Shown here piece after piece: positions 24,562 through 34,429 of a stretch of 64,000 bases of DNA. The notes under the pieces were generated by a model. The model saw only the letters and a list, made by a program, of their open reading frames with translations. It made no database searches and was not told the origin of the DNA. Origin of the DNA: Planctomycetota bacterium (GTDB taxonomy: Bacteria; Planctomycetota; UBA1135; GCA-002748355); assembly GCA_041398545.1 (NCBI GenBank), contig JAWKUM010000003.1, forward strand, positions 222,385 through 286,384, read 5' to 3'. Position 1 is the first letter of the stretch, and the number at the start of each line of letters is the position of its first letter. Made by a program: the position numbers and the translations under genes.

Positions 24562-27225
24562 TCAGCCCTGCTGGATCCGGGTCGCGTCGAGGGCCTGCTT
24601 CATGCGGCGGACGAGGTCCTGGTAGTGGACCCGCGTGGTCTCGCCGAGGTTGCCGGCCTGGAGCCCGGCCAGGCTCGAGTAGAGCTCCATGAGGTTGGCG
24701 CGGGCGGCGGCCAGGGCGTCGTGGGGGACGACGGCCCCGACGTCCTCGGTCGCGAGCGTGAGCAGGACCTCGACGTAGGCCCGCTGCAGGTTGCGGCGGA
24801 ACACGTCGACGTCCTGGCCGGCGGCGACCTCGGAGAACACGCCCTCGCGGAGGCCGCGGAACAGCTCGGCGACCGTGAACGCGGTCTGGCCCTGGGGGAC
24901 CATGAGCTCGCCCTCGACGATGCGGTCGAGCACGAGCGGGTGGAACAGCTGGTAGAGCACCGAGGTCTGGAAGCCCTTGACCTGGTCGACGAGCGACCAT
25001 TCGATCGGGCCGTCGAGCTGCATGCCCCAGTGGTTCCACCGCCACGGCGTCATGCGCGCGAGCTGGTCGGCCGGGAGCCTGTACGGCTTGCTCGCGAAGC
25101 AGTTCTCGAGCAGGAAGGCCAGGGCCTCGCGCTGCTCGTCGGGGGGCACGGGGTCCATCGGCCGCTCGACGCCGGGGTCGCCCTTGTGCACGCGGCTGAC
25201 GCGGACGCCGCCGATCTTCTTGGCCATGAAGCGGCAGCCCGAGGCGGCCTGGCCGAGCAGGACGCTGACGCCGATGCGCTCGAACTGGTGGCCCTCGCCG
25301 GGGCGCACGAGGCGGTCGGCGACCTCGGGCAGGAGCTTGGCGACGAGCTGCATCCGCTCCTCGGCGAACTCCGAGACGTCGCCGATGTCCCAGGCGTTGC
25401 AGTCGGGGTCGACGCCGGCCCCGAACGGCATGTAGTGCAGGGCGTCCTCGTCGGTGCCGTAGGCGTTGCCGGGCTTGCCGGCCTCGGACGCGATCTCGAG
25501 CAGCTTGGGCAGCTCGGCCTCGGGCGCCGGGGCGTCGATCGGCGTGTAGCCGTAGCGGATCGCCCAGACGTCGTACGGGCCGACGCAGCTCGCGTAGTAC
25601 TCGCCCTGGGTCTCGCCCTCGGGGGCGATGTTGATCGCGTTGTAGTCCATGACCGAGCCGACGAGGCCCTCCTTGGCGGTCTTCTCGGCGTCGTTGATCT
25701 CCTTGCCGTCGTGCAGGGTCGAGGCCTTGAAGTTGTGGCGCAGCCCGAGGGTGTGGCCGACCTCGTGCATGACGGTCTCGCGCAGGGCCTGCTCGAGGTA
25801 GGTGAAGGGGACCTTGCGGGCCGGCGTCGCGTCGGCCAGGTCGACCGGCTGCACGCCCTCGGACGGGTCGGGGAGCATGCCCGACAGCATGTGCATCAGC
25901 GTGATCTCCTGCGACCGGTGCATGCCCTGGGTGCAGTAGGCGCGCAGCTTGTGGTCCTGGCCGAGGCTCTCGGCCGTCGAGATCGCCAGGACCTCGGCCA
26001 TCGAGGCCTTGGGGTCGTAGGCCGGGATCTGGAACTGGTACTCGAACCAGAAGCCCCGCATGAGGCTCTCCTCGAACAGGATGTCGGCGTCGAGGATCTG
26101 GCCGGTGTAGGGGTCGACCCGCGACGGGCCGATCGCGCCGAACGTCGACTCGTGCGACGTGATCCAGCGCAGGCTGTTGTAGCTCGCGTCCTCGGGGTCG
26201 AACTGGTCGTCGGAGAGCTGCTGCCGGACCTCGATGGCGTTGACGAAGCCGGCCTCGGCGAAGGCCTTGTTCCAGCCGAGCGCGCCCTCGCGCACGGCCT
26301 TGCGCCACTCGATCGGCACCGTGTTCTCGATCCAGAAGATGATCGGCTCCTTGGGCGGGCTGACCTTGGCCGTGGGGTCGGCCTTCTCGAGCTTCCAGCG
26401 GTTGATGTAGCGGACCCAGCTCGAGAGCTGCTGCATGCGCGCGAAGTCGCGCTTGGCCGTCAGGAAGTAGCCGACGCGATCGTCGGCCAGCCGCGGCCGG
26501 TACGAGCCCGGGGGCGGCAGGATGCGGAAGCTCGTGTGCACGGCCAGGGTCATGTAGCGGGCGTCGCCGCTCGTGTAGACCTGCTCCTGGCTCTGGCCGC
26601 TGTAGGCGCAGTCGACGCGGACCTCGACGTTCTGGCCGAAGGCCTTGCAGTAGTCGACGGTCGTGCGCGACGGGTCGAAGCGGTACGCGCCCTGGAAGTC
26701 CTTGGACACCTGGCGGGCGAGGTCGTGGGGGTCGCGCAGGAGCCAGCCGGTCAGGTCGACGACCATGCCGCCCTTGGGCGACCTGGACAGCAGCGGCAGC
26801 ACGGCCAGGATGGACTTGGGGTAGCCCATCTTGACGGCCTTCTTGAGCGCCTCGCCCTTGCTGGCGACGAAGCGGGGGTTCTCGCGCAGCAGGTAGACCT
26901 TGTCCTCGCCGGGGACGAACTTGACGACCCACTCGTCGATCGGCATGCCCGACAGGAGCCAGCCCTTGCCGAGCCCGGACGCCAGCGTCGAGATCATCAG
27001 CAGCGGCCGGTCCATGACCGGGCGCGGCAGCTCGGCGAGCAGCCGCCCGTCCTTGTAGTAGAGGTTGAACAGCCCCTCCTTGCTCGGCACGTCGGGGGCG
27101 CGTTGCATGCCCTCGACGACCTTGGCGAAGTCCTGGAGCTTGGAGTCCTGGGCCGCGAGCGGCAGGGTCGCGAGGCCCAGGGTGACGGCGGCGGCGAGCT
27201 TGTGCGTGAGCATCTTGGTCGTCAT
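24562..27225 (-). CDS. Secreted zinc metalloprotease (metzincin-type; DUF5117/DUF4953-like large protease)
   Basis: Distal 887 aa of track ORF 24562..28842, starting at MTTKMLTHKLAAAVTLGLATLPLAAQ (signal peptide). HEVGHTLGLRHNF (HExxHxxGxxH) and a downstream GSVMDY Met-turn. Confidence 0.85.
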   Translation of the reverse strand: MTTKMLTHKLAAAVTLGLATLPLAAQDSKLQDFAKVVEGMQRAPDVPSKEGLFNLYYKDGRLLAELPRPVMDRPLLMISTLASGLGKGWLLSGMPIDEWVVKFVPGEDKVYLLRENPRFVASKGEALKKAVKMGYPKSILAVLPLLSRSPKGGMVVDLTGWLLRDPHDLARQVSKDFQGAYRFDPSRTTVDYCKAFGQNVEVRVDCAYSGQSQEQVYTSGDARYMTLAVHTSFRILPPPGSYRPRLADDRVGYFLTAKRDFARMQQLSSWVRYINRWKLEKADPTAKVSPPKEPIIFWIENTVPIEWRKAVREGALGWNKAFAEAGFVNAIEVRQQLSDDQFDPEDASYNSLRWITSHESTFGAIGPSRVDPYTGQILDADILFEESLMRGFWFEYQFQIPAYDPKASMAEVLAISTAESLGQDHKLRAYCTQGMHRSQEITLMHMLSGMLPDPSEGVQPVDLADATPARKVPFTYLEQALRETVMHEVGHTLGLRHNFKASTLHDGKEINDAEKTAKEGLVGSVMDYNAINIAPEGETQGEYYASCVGPYDVWAIRYGYTPIDAPAPEAELPKLLEIASEAGKPGNAYGTDEDALHYMPFGAGVDPDCNAWDIGDVSEFAEERMQLVAKLLPEVADRLVRPGEGHQFERIGVSVLLGQAASGCRFMAKKIGGVRVSRVHKGDPGVERPMDPVPPDEQREALAFLLENCFASKPYRLPADQLARMTPWRWNHWGMQLDGPIEWSLVDQVKGFQTSVLYQLFHPLVLDRIVEGELMVPQGQTAFTVAELFRGLREGVFSEVAAGQDVDVFRRNLQRAYVEVLLTLATEDVGAVVPHDALAAARANLMELYSSLAGLQAGNLGETTRVHYQDLVRRMKQALDATRIQQG

Positions 27226-28793
27226 GAGATCGGGAAGGGCCGGCGGCGGTACTCGTTGCCGACCGACTTGAGGATCCGGCACATGGTCTGGGTCGAGTCC
27301 GCGTCCTCGCGCATGAAGAGGTGCAGGACCGAGTCGAAGGTCGTCAGGTAGGCCGAGGGGTCGACGACGAGCTCGCCGCGGCCCGGGGGCACGAGGTCGA
27401 CGAACAGCGGCGTGACCTCGCGATAGCGCAGGACGTCGAGGAGCGCCGGGATCAGGTAGTCCGGGCCCTCGAGCAGCGGGAAGCGGCGGTGGAGCTGGAA
27501 GACGTTGTCGAAGGCCAGCCGCCGGATGCCGGGGTCGCGCTCCGGGTCGTCGCCGGGCGCGACCATGCGCTGGATGTCGGACAGGAACTTGCCGGCCGAC
27601 AGGAACTCCGGGTGGAGGTACAGCAGCCGGAACCGGTCCGAGAAGCGGCCGCCCTCGAGCAGCGGGGCCAGCGACGCGTGGCGGCGGCAGATGCGCAGGA
27701 CCGCGTCGTCGTCCTCCTTGGTCGAGACCAGCAGGCCGGTCTCGCCCCGGGACGCTCCGGCGGCCAGGAAGCGCAGGGCGAACAGGGTGTAGCGCGTGCC
27801 GGGCTCGGCCAGGACGACGGTCGAGGACAGCTGGACCGGGCCGCTGCCGGCCTCGAAGGCCTCGTGGAACTCGGGCGTCAGGAACGGGATGGGCTCGTCT
27901 CCGCGCGGGGGGACCTGGAGCTGGCTGGTGTCGCGGACGAGCGAGAGCTGGGCCGCGACCGAGGGGTAGACGTGCACCCCCGGCCCGCGCTCCCCGCGGG
28001 CGCCGAGGTAGAGGTCGCGGCGGATGGCCCGGCCGGCGATCGAGAACTGGTGCTTGCCGCGGTAGTAGTACTGGTGTCGCGCCTTGCGGATCTCGAGCGT
28101 GCGCGACTTGAAGGTCCCGATGTCCTCGAGCGAGAGGTGGAGGATGACGTCGGTCGACAGCTCCTCGGCGCTCGGGAACTTCTGCCGGACCGCCGGCTGG
28201 TCCTCGAGGATGAAGATCGAGTGGATCTGGTGGCGCAGCAGCTCCTTGCGGGTCGCGACGAGGGCCTGGCGCTTCTCGTAGTAGTCGAGGTCGGTCAGCA
28301 GGAGCCCGACGTTGTCGAGGCAGACCATGCCGATCTCCTGCGCGCGCAGGTAGTTGGACACCTCGGTCTGGATCCAGTCGAGGTCCACGCGGAACTCGCG
28401 GCCCAGCGTGCCGCCGGCGCCCGGGGTCGCCTGGGTCAGGACGAGGCGGTTGACGCCGCCCGACGGGGCCTCGGTCTCGAACGCGATGCGGTGGGAGGTC
28501 TCGCCCTCGGCCGTCTCGACCGGGTTGGGGGCGCCGTAGAAGCCGCCGAAGTCCTCGACGAGCTTCTTGTGCAGGTCCTTGGGGCTCTGCTCGACCGAGT
28601 AGAACAGGAAGGTCCGCCCGCCCCGGTCGTCGCTCCACCAGGCCCGGACGAGGAACTCGAGCCCGAGCAGGGTCTTGCCGGCGCCCGGCTCCCCCGTCAC
28701 GAACATGAACGCCGCCGAGTCGGACGGGAAGCGGATGCCTCCGCCGAGGATCGCGTCGAGACCGTCGATGCCGGTCTGGATGGTCGAGAACAA
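27222..28793 (-). CDS. KaiC-like / RecA-superfamily two-domain ATPase
   Basis: The N-terminus IQTGIDGLDAILGGGI...FVTGEPGAGKTLLGLEF has the KaiC/RadA-type Walker A. The second homologous domain has a degenerate P-loop (LAEPGTRYTLFALRF, no Lys). The stop overlaps the protease start (ATGA). Confidence 0.8.
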   Translation of the reverse strand: MFSTIQTGIDGLDAILGGGIRFPSDSAAFMFVTGEPGAGKTLLGLEFLVRAWWSDDRGGRTFLFYSVEQSPKDLHKKLVEDFGGFYGAPNPVETAEGETSHRIAFETEAPSGGVNRLVLTQATPGAGGTLGREFRVDLDWIQTEVSNYLRAQEIGMVCLDNVGLLLTDLDYYEKRQALVATRKELLRHQIHSIFILEDQPAVRQKFPSAEELSTDVILHLSLEDIGTFKSRTLEIRKARHQYYYRGKHQFSIAGRAIRRDLYLGARGERGPGVHVYPSVAAQLSLVRDTSQLQVPPRGDEPIPFLTPEFHEAFEAGSGPVQLSSTVVLAEPGTRYTLFALRFLAAGASRGETGLLVSTKEDDDAVLRICRRHASLAPLLEGGRFSDRFRLLYLHPEFLSAGKFLSDIQRMVAPGDDPERDPGIRRLAFDNVFQLHRRFPLLEGPDYLIPALLDVLRYREVTPLFVDLVPPGRGELVVDPSAYLTTFDSVLHLFMREDADSTQTMCRILKSVGNEYRRRPFPIS

Positions 28794-28840
28794 CTGGCTC
28801 TCCGTTCGATTCGTCGGAAGGCGGCCAGCATACTGACCTC

Positions 28841-29476
28841 ATGCTGTCCGAGCCCGAGGACTTCGCGCGCCTGATCCTGCTGCGCCACCCCCAACTCGCC
28901 GACCCCGACCGCGAGCTCGCGCTCGGCCGGCGCGACGGCGAGCTGGCGCGGCGCGGCCGGGCGCAGACCCTGGAGGTCCTCCGCGCCCTGGCCGGGCTCC
29001 GGCTCGACGCGGTCTGGTCGGCCCCGGCCCGGCACTGCCGCGAGGCGGCCGCGGCCCTGGTCGCCGACCTCGAGCTCGAGGTCGGCGTCGACGAGCGGCT
29101 GGCCGACCAGGACCTCGGCGACTGGAGCGGGCTGCGCTGGGACGAGATCCGGGCCCGCGACGAGGCCCTGCTGCGCGACTTCTTCGCCGACTACGGCCTC
29201 GTGGCCCCGCCCGGCGGCGAGCGGCTGGCCGACACCGTCGACCGGGCCCTGGACTGGTGGAACGAGCAGGCCGAGGCGGCCCGCGGCCGGACCTGGCTCC
29301 TGGTCCTGCCGGCCCCGATCCTCGGCGGGCTGGCGGCCCGCCTGCTCGGCCTGTCCCTGCGCCGGGCCCCGGCCCTGAGCCTGCCGGCCGCGGCCCTGGG
29401 CATCCTCGACGTGTTCCGGGACGGGGCCGTGCTCCGCTCCTGGCACCCCCTCTGCCTGCGCGACGACATGCCCTGA
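28841..29476 (+). CDS. Histidine phosphatase (phosphoglycerate-mutase-like) family protein
   Basis: LILLRHP (RHG-type motif), ...ERLADQDLGDWSGLRWDEI, LVLPAPIL. Divergent from the KaiC-like gene with a 47-bp spacer. Confidence 0.7.
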   Translation: MLSEPEDFARLILLRHPQLADPDRELALGRRDGELARRGRAQTLEVLRALAGLRLDAVWSAPARHCREAAAALVADLELEVGVDERLADQDLGDWSGLRWDEIRARDEALLRDFFADYGLVAPPGGERLADTVDRALDWWNEQAEAARGRTWLLVLPAPILGGLAARLLGLSLRRAPALSLPAAALGILDVFRDGAVLRSWHPLCLRDDMP

Positions 29477-29542
29477 GGCCGGGCCCCGGGGCCCCCCGGC
29501 AGGCCCTGGATGTCAGGGTTGTGTTCGGGTAGCGTCCCGGCC

Positions 29543-30994
29543 ATGGAAAGGGCTTCCCCCGCGACCGGGCGGGGGGGAGCGCGACGGCGCTCCCCGACCC
29601 GGTCGGCGCTGCTCCTGCACCTCGACATCGACGCCTTCCTGGCCTCGGTCGCCCAGCTCGTCGAGCCGTCCCTGCTCGGCCTGCCGGTCGTCGTCGGCAG
29701 CGGCGTCGTCGCCTCGCGCTCGTACGAGGCCAAGGCCCGCGGCGTCGAGACCGCGATGCCGATCGCCGAGGCCATGCGGCGCTGCCCCGGCCTCGTGCTC
29801 CGCGAGGGCGACGCCTTCGTCGCCGAGCGCTTCCGCCGGCGCGTCGCGGCGATCCTCGGCGGCTTCGCGCCGCTGGTCGAGGTCGGCTCGCTCGACGACA
29901 TGTACGCCGACCTGTCGGGGCTGTTCGCCGAGGAGCTGTGGCAGGCGCCGCCCGACGCCACGGGCCTCGCGCCGCTCGACCACGCGCTGGCCGCGTGGAC
30001 CGCGGCGCTGCGCGCGCGGGTGCGCGGCGAGACCGGCCTGTCGGTGTCGCTCGGCCTCGGCCCGACGCGGACCCTGGCGCGGCTCGCGACCGACCGGGCC
30101 AAGCCCGGCGGGACCTTCCGCGTGCGGCCCGGCGAGGAGCGCGCCTTCCTCGACCCGCTGCCGGTCGCCAAGCTGCCGGGCGTCGGGCGCCGGACCGCGG
30201 CCGAGCTCGAGCGCTACCGCATCCGCACGGTCGGCGAGCTGCGCCTCGTCGACCGCGCCCTGCTCGAGGAGTGCTTCGGCCGCCGCGGCGGCGACCTGTG
30301 GCTGCGCGCGCGCGGGCTGCCGGCCGGCTCCAAGGACCTCGTCGTGCACGGCGGCGCCGAGCACGGGCGCGCCGGCGGGGCCTTCGGCGCCGACGGCCTG
30401 GCCAAGGAGCTGTCGCGCGAGACGACCCTGGTCGAGCCGTCGGCCGACCCCGGCCTGCTGCGCGCGATGCTGTCGTACCTCGTCGACCGCGCGAGCCACC
30501 GGCTGCGCGGCCAGGACCGGCTGGCCGGCCGGCTCGAGCTGCGCCTGGCGGCCTGGGCCGCCGAGGCGGCCGCCCGGCCGGCGCTGCGCCGCGCGCGCGC
30601 AGCCTCGAGTGGGCGCGCCGGCGCGGCGGCTGCGCGAGCGAGCGCCGGCGCGGCGATGAGCTCGTCGCCGTGGCCCTGGCCCTGCTCGACGAGGCCGTCG
30701 GGTCCCGGCGGCTGCTCGCCGGCGGCGCCGGCGTGTGCCTGCAGGACCTCGAGCCGGCGCACCCCCGCGCCAGGGGCCGACCTGTTCGCGTTGCTGGTCG
30801 CCGAGGGCGGGGCGGGCCTCCGCGGCGACGGCCTTCAGGCGCTGCGGGCGCGCCGGCTCGACGAGAGCCTCGACGCCGTCCGCGCACGCCACGGCTTCGG
30901 CGCCGTCGTCGCCGGGGCCTCGATCGCCCTGCTCGGGAGCCTGCCGCGCACGCGCGACGGCTTCCGGCTCTACGCCCCGTCCCTGAGCCTGTGA
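29543..30994 (+). pseudogene. Y-family DNA polymerase (DinB/ImuB-like) with an out-of-frame central segment
   Basis: Track ORF 29510..30994, starting at MERASPATG. Motifs: LHLDIDAFLASV, SLDDMYADLSG, LPVAKLPGVGRRTA. Between ~30540 and ~30780 the plausible sequence (DELVAVALALLDEAVGSRRLLAGGAGVCLQDLEP) lies in another frame (track ORF 29938..31434), then returns to the original frame (GADLFALL...). Confidence 0.7.
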
Positions 30995-33900
30995 CCGCCC
31001 TGCTGCGCTGCCTGAGCCACTTCAGCTTCCTGACCGGGACGCTGGCGCCGAGCGAGCTGTGCTCGCTGGCCGCGCGCCACGACGTCGCCCACGTCGGGCT
31101 GTGCGACTGGGGCGGTTGCATGCAGCCCGCTGTTCGCGGCCGAGGCCGCCCGCGTCGGCCTCCACGCCCTGCACGGGGTCGTGCTCGGCGGCGGCGCCGG
31201 CATGGTCACGTCATACCTGGCGACGAGGACGGCCTCCTGCTCGCTCTGGCCGCGTCGTGTCGGACTGGCCGGCTCGAGAGACCTTCGGCGTGGCCGACCG
31301 GGTCGCGGCCCTGGTCGACCTCGTCGCCGCCAACCGCGACGGCCTGTTCGTGCTGGCCGAGCGCGTCGCCGGGCTGCTGGCCGCGCTCGGGCCCGACGAC
31401 CTGCGCGTGGCCCCGCCGCTGCAGCCTGGCCTGACCGCCTGCGCCCTCGGCGAAGGCCGCGGCGCGCGCCCGCGCTCGAGCGTCGCGGACGGCGGCCGGC
31501 CCGGGCGGGCGCGCCCGCGGCCGACCCCGGGCGACGACGTCGCGGCCGACGCGCGCAAGGTCCTCGACCTGCCGCGGCCCGACCCGCGGCACCGCCTGCT
31601 GGCCTTCGCCGAGGCCCGTGGCGTGGTCGCCGTGGCCGCGCCCTGGTCGCCTACGGCGGGCCGGCGACCGCGCGCGCCACCGCCTCGCGACGGCCTGCAA
31701 GAAGGGCACGCTGGTCGACCTCGTCGGCGACCGCGCGCTGGCCCTGCGCGGCTCGTTCTTCCCGACGCCGGCCGAGCTCCGCGAGGGCTACGCCGACCGG
31801 CCCGCGGCCCTGGCCGAGGCCGAGCGCCTCGCCCTGCGCTGCACCCTCGACCTGTCGCGGCCGCGGCGCATCGTGTTCCCGTCGGCCGCCGGCGCCCTCG
31901 GCGGCGACCCCGCCGAGGCCGAGGGGCGCGCGGCCGCGGTCCTGCGCGCCCGCGCCGAGGCCGGGTCTTTTCCGCGGCTGTTCGATCGCGCCGGAGCGCC
32001 GGCCCGGGAGCCGCCCGGCCGAGGCCCGGCGCCGGCTCGAGCAGGAGCTCGGCACGATCGCCGAGCTCGGCTTCGCGCCGTACTTCCTCGTCGTCGACGA
32101 GATCGTCCAGCTCGCCCGCGCCCACGGCATCCCGGTGTTCGGCCGCGGCTCGGCCGCCGACAGCCTGGTCGCGCACCGCCTCGTCACCGACGCCGACCTC
32201 GCTGCGCTACCGGCCAGCTTCGAGCGCTTCCTCAACGCCGACCGTTTCCGCCGCGGCGAGGGCGACCCGCTACCTCGACGTCGACCTCGACTTAGCGCGC
32301 CGCCGCGACGAGCCGTCGGCCTCGTCGCGCGCCGCTTCGATGGCGACCGCGTCGCGCTGCTGTCGACGGTGCCGACGCTCGGCTTCCGCGCGGCTCGCGC
32401 GAGGTCGCGCGGGCCCAATGGCCTGCCGCGCCGCTCGACGAGGCCGACCGCTGCGCCCGCGGCCTGCCGCGGACGCTCGACCCCGCCACGGTCGCCGCCG
32501 CCGCGCCGGCGACCCGCCGCTCGCGCCGATCGCGGCCCGCGCCGGAGTTCGGGCGGCGGCTCGCCGGCGCCGCCGGGCCTCGAGGAGCGCCGCCGCGAGG
32601 CGCGCATGCTGCGCGGGGCCTTCGCGCTCGTCGGCGCGCACCGCTGCCTCGGCCTGCACCCGGGCGGGACCGTGCTCGCGCCGGTGCCGGCCCGCGACCT
32701 GATGCCGCTCGAGCGCGCGGCCAAGGGGCTCGTCTGCGTGCAGTGGGACAAGCACGTCGCCCCGCGCATGGGCCTCGTCAAGATCGACCTGCTCGGCAAC
32801 CACGGTCTGTCGATCTTCGAGGACGCGCAGCGCGAGCTGCTGCGGCTCGGCGTGTCGCTCGAGGCCGTCGAGGCCCTGCGCGAGACGCCCGAGGAGGACC
32901 CGCAGGCGGCCGCGCTGGCCCGGGCCGGGCGCACGCTCGGCGTGTTCCAGGTCGAGTCGCCGGGCATGCGCGCGCTCCTGACCCGCGTCGACGCGGGCCG
33001 CTGCGACGACGTGATCCGCGCGCTGGCGCTGATCCGGCCGGGCCCGGCCGGCTCCGGCATGCTCGACCGCTACGTGCGGCGCGTGCGCGGGCTCGAGCCG
33101 ACGCCGGCCCTGCCGCCCGGCCTCGGGCCCGTGCTCGGCGACAGCCGCGGCGTGATGCTGTACCAGGAGGACGTCATCCACGTGCTCGCGGCCCTGACCG
33201 GGCTGCCGCTCGGCCAGGCCGACCTGCTGCGCCGCGACCTCGGCAAGGAGTGCCGCGGGGCGGGGCGACGGGCCGGTGCCGGCGACGGGCCGGCGACGGC
33301 CCGCTTCCACGCGCTGTGCGCGGCCAGGGCGTCGACGCGGCCACGGCCGACGCCTTCTGTCCAGCTCGCCCGCTTCGGCGGCTACTCGTTCAACAAGGCC
33401 CACGCCGTGACCTACGGCCGCCTGGCCTGGCGCATCCTGCGGGCCAAGGCGCAGCAGCCGGCCGCGCTGTTCGCGGCGATCCTGGCCAACGACACCGGCT
33501 ACCACGACAAGCGCGTCTACGTCGAGGAGGCCCGCCGCCTCGAAGCGTGCCGGTGCTCGCGCCCTGCGTACCGCTGGCGCTCGGCTTCCGCGCCGAGCGC
33601 CAGGGCGGCACCGGGGCCGCGCGCTGCGCGTCGGCCTCGGCGAGGTCAAGGGCCTGCCCGAGGCCTTCGGCGAGGCCTCGTCGCCGACCGCGAGGACCGC
33701 GGGCCGCATTTCGCCGCCGACGAGCTCGTCGGCCGGGTCGGGGAGCGCGGCCTGACGGTCGAGGAGGACTGGATCGAGCGGCTGATCCTCGTCGGCGCCT
33801 TCGACCTGCTCGAGGGCACGCGGCCCGAGAAGCTGTGGCGCTTCCGCGTCGGCTTCGGCCGGCGCCGCCGCCGCGCGGCCGCGCCCGGCCCCGCCGGCGG

Positions 33901-34348
33901 CGAGCTGTTCCCCGGCGCGCTCGAGCGCCGCGCGCCGATCATCCCCTGCCTGCCCGAGTATTCCGACGCCGAGAAGGCGCGCCTCGAGGTCGAGCTGCTC
34001 GGCTACCCGATCCGCGCGCACGCGATCACGTACGCGCCGCCGCTCGACGACGCCGGCGGCTGCCTGCCGCTGAGCGAGGTCCCGGCCCACGTCGGCCGGT
34101 CGGTGCAGGTCCTCGGCTGGCTCGCGGCCACGCGCCGCCACCGCACGCGCGGCGGCGAGTGGATGTGCTTCCTGACCCTCGAGGACGCCGGCGGCATGGT
34201 CGAGGCCGTGCTGTTCCCGGCGGTGTTCCGGCGCTGCGGCGGCGAGCTGGCCGGCCAGGGCCGCTACCGCCTGCGCGGCCGCGTCGAGCTCCGCGAGGGC
34301 GCCGTCGCCCTCCACGCCGACATGCTCGAGCGCGTCGACGGGGAGTGA
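30991..34348 (+). pseudogene. dnaE2: Error-prone DNA polymerase III alpha (DnaE2-like), heavily frameshifted
   Basis: GTG at 30991 overlaps the upstream stop (GTGA). Pol III alpha motifs are scattered over all three + frames: LSHFSFLTGT, ELGTIAELGFAPYFLVVDEIV, GRGSAADSLV, FERFLN, RYLDVDLDL, GVFQVESPGMR, GGYSFNKAHAVTYG, ALRVGLGEVKGLPE, and an intact C-terminal OB region (...WMCFLTLEDAGGMVEAVLFP...). I traced more than ten frame switches by eye. Confidence 0.8.
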
Positions 34349-34429
34349 CGCCCGGGTGGGGGGCTCCGGTCCGGCCGCCGGACGCTAGACTGCGCGCGCC
34401 CAGTGGTCGACCCGCATCGAGGAGGGCAG

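Noticed and set aside
24562-29476. KaiC-like ATPase / metzincin / histidine phosphatase as an anti-phage defence system
   Set aside because: No nuclease, TIR, Sir2, helicase or other effector or sensor typical of known defence systems is present. The protease has a signal peptide and appears extracellular. It is reported only as an unusual operon.
28839-31121. 760-aa minus-strand ORF antisense to the histidine phosphatase and Y-family polymerase genes; similar giants at 12880..15990 -, 32743..36063 +, 34385..37978 -, 39170..41635 -, 41424..43349 -, 53801..56047 -
   Set aside because: All are Arg/Ala/Gly/Pro-rich low-complexity translations lying opposite to, or out of frame with, genes that have clear family motifs and correct GC3 bias. 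They were not treated as genes.
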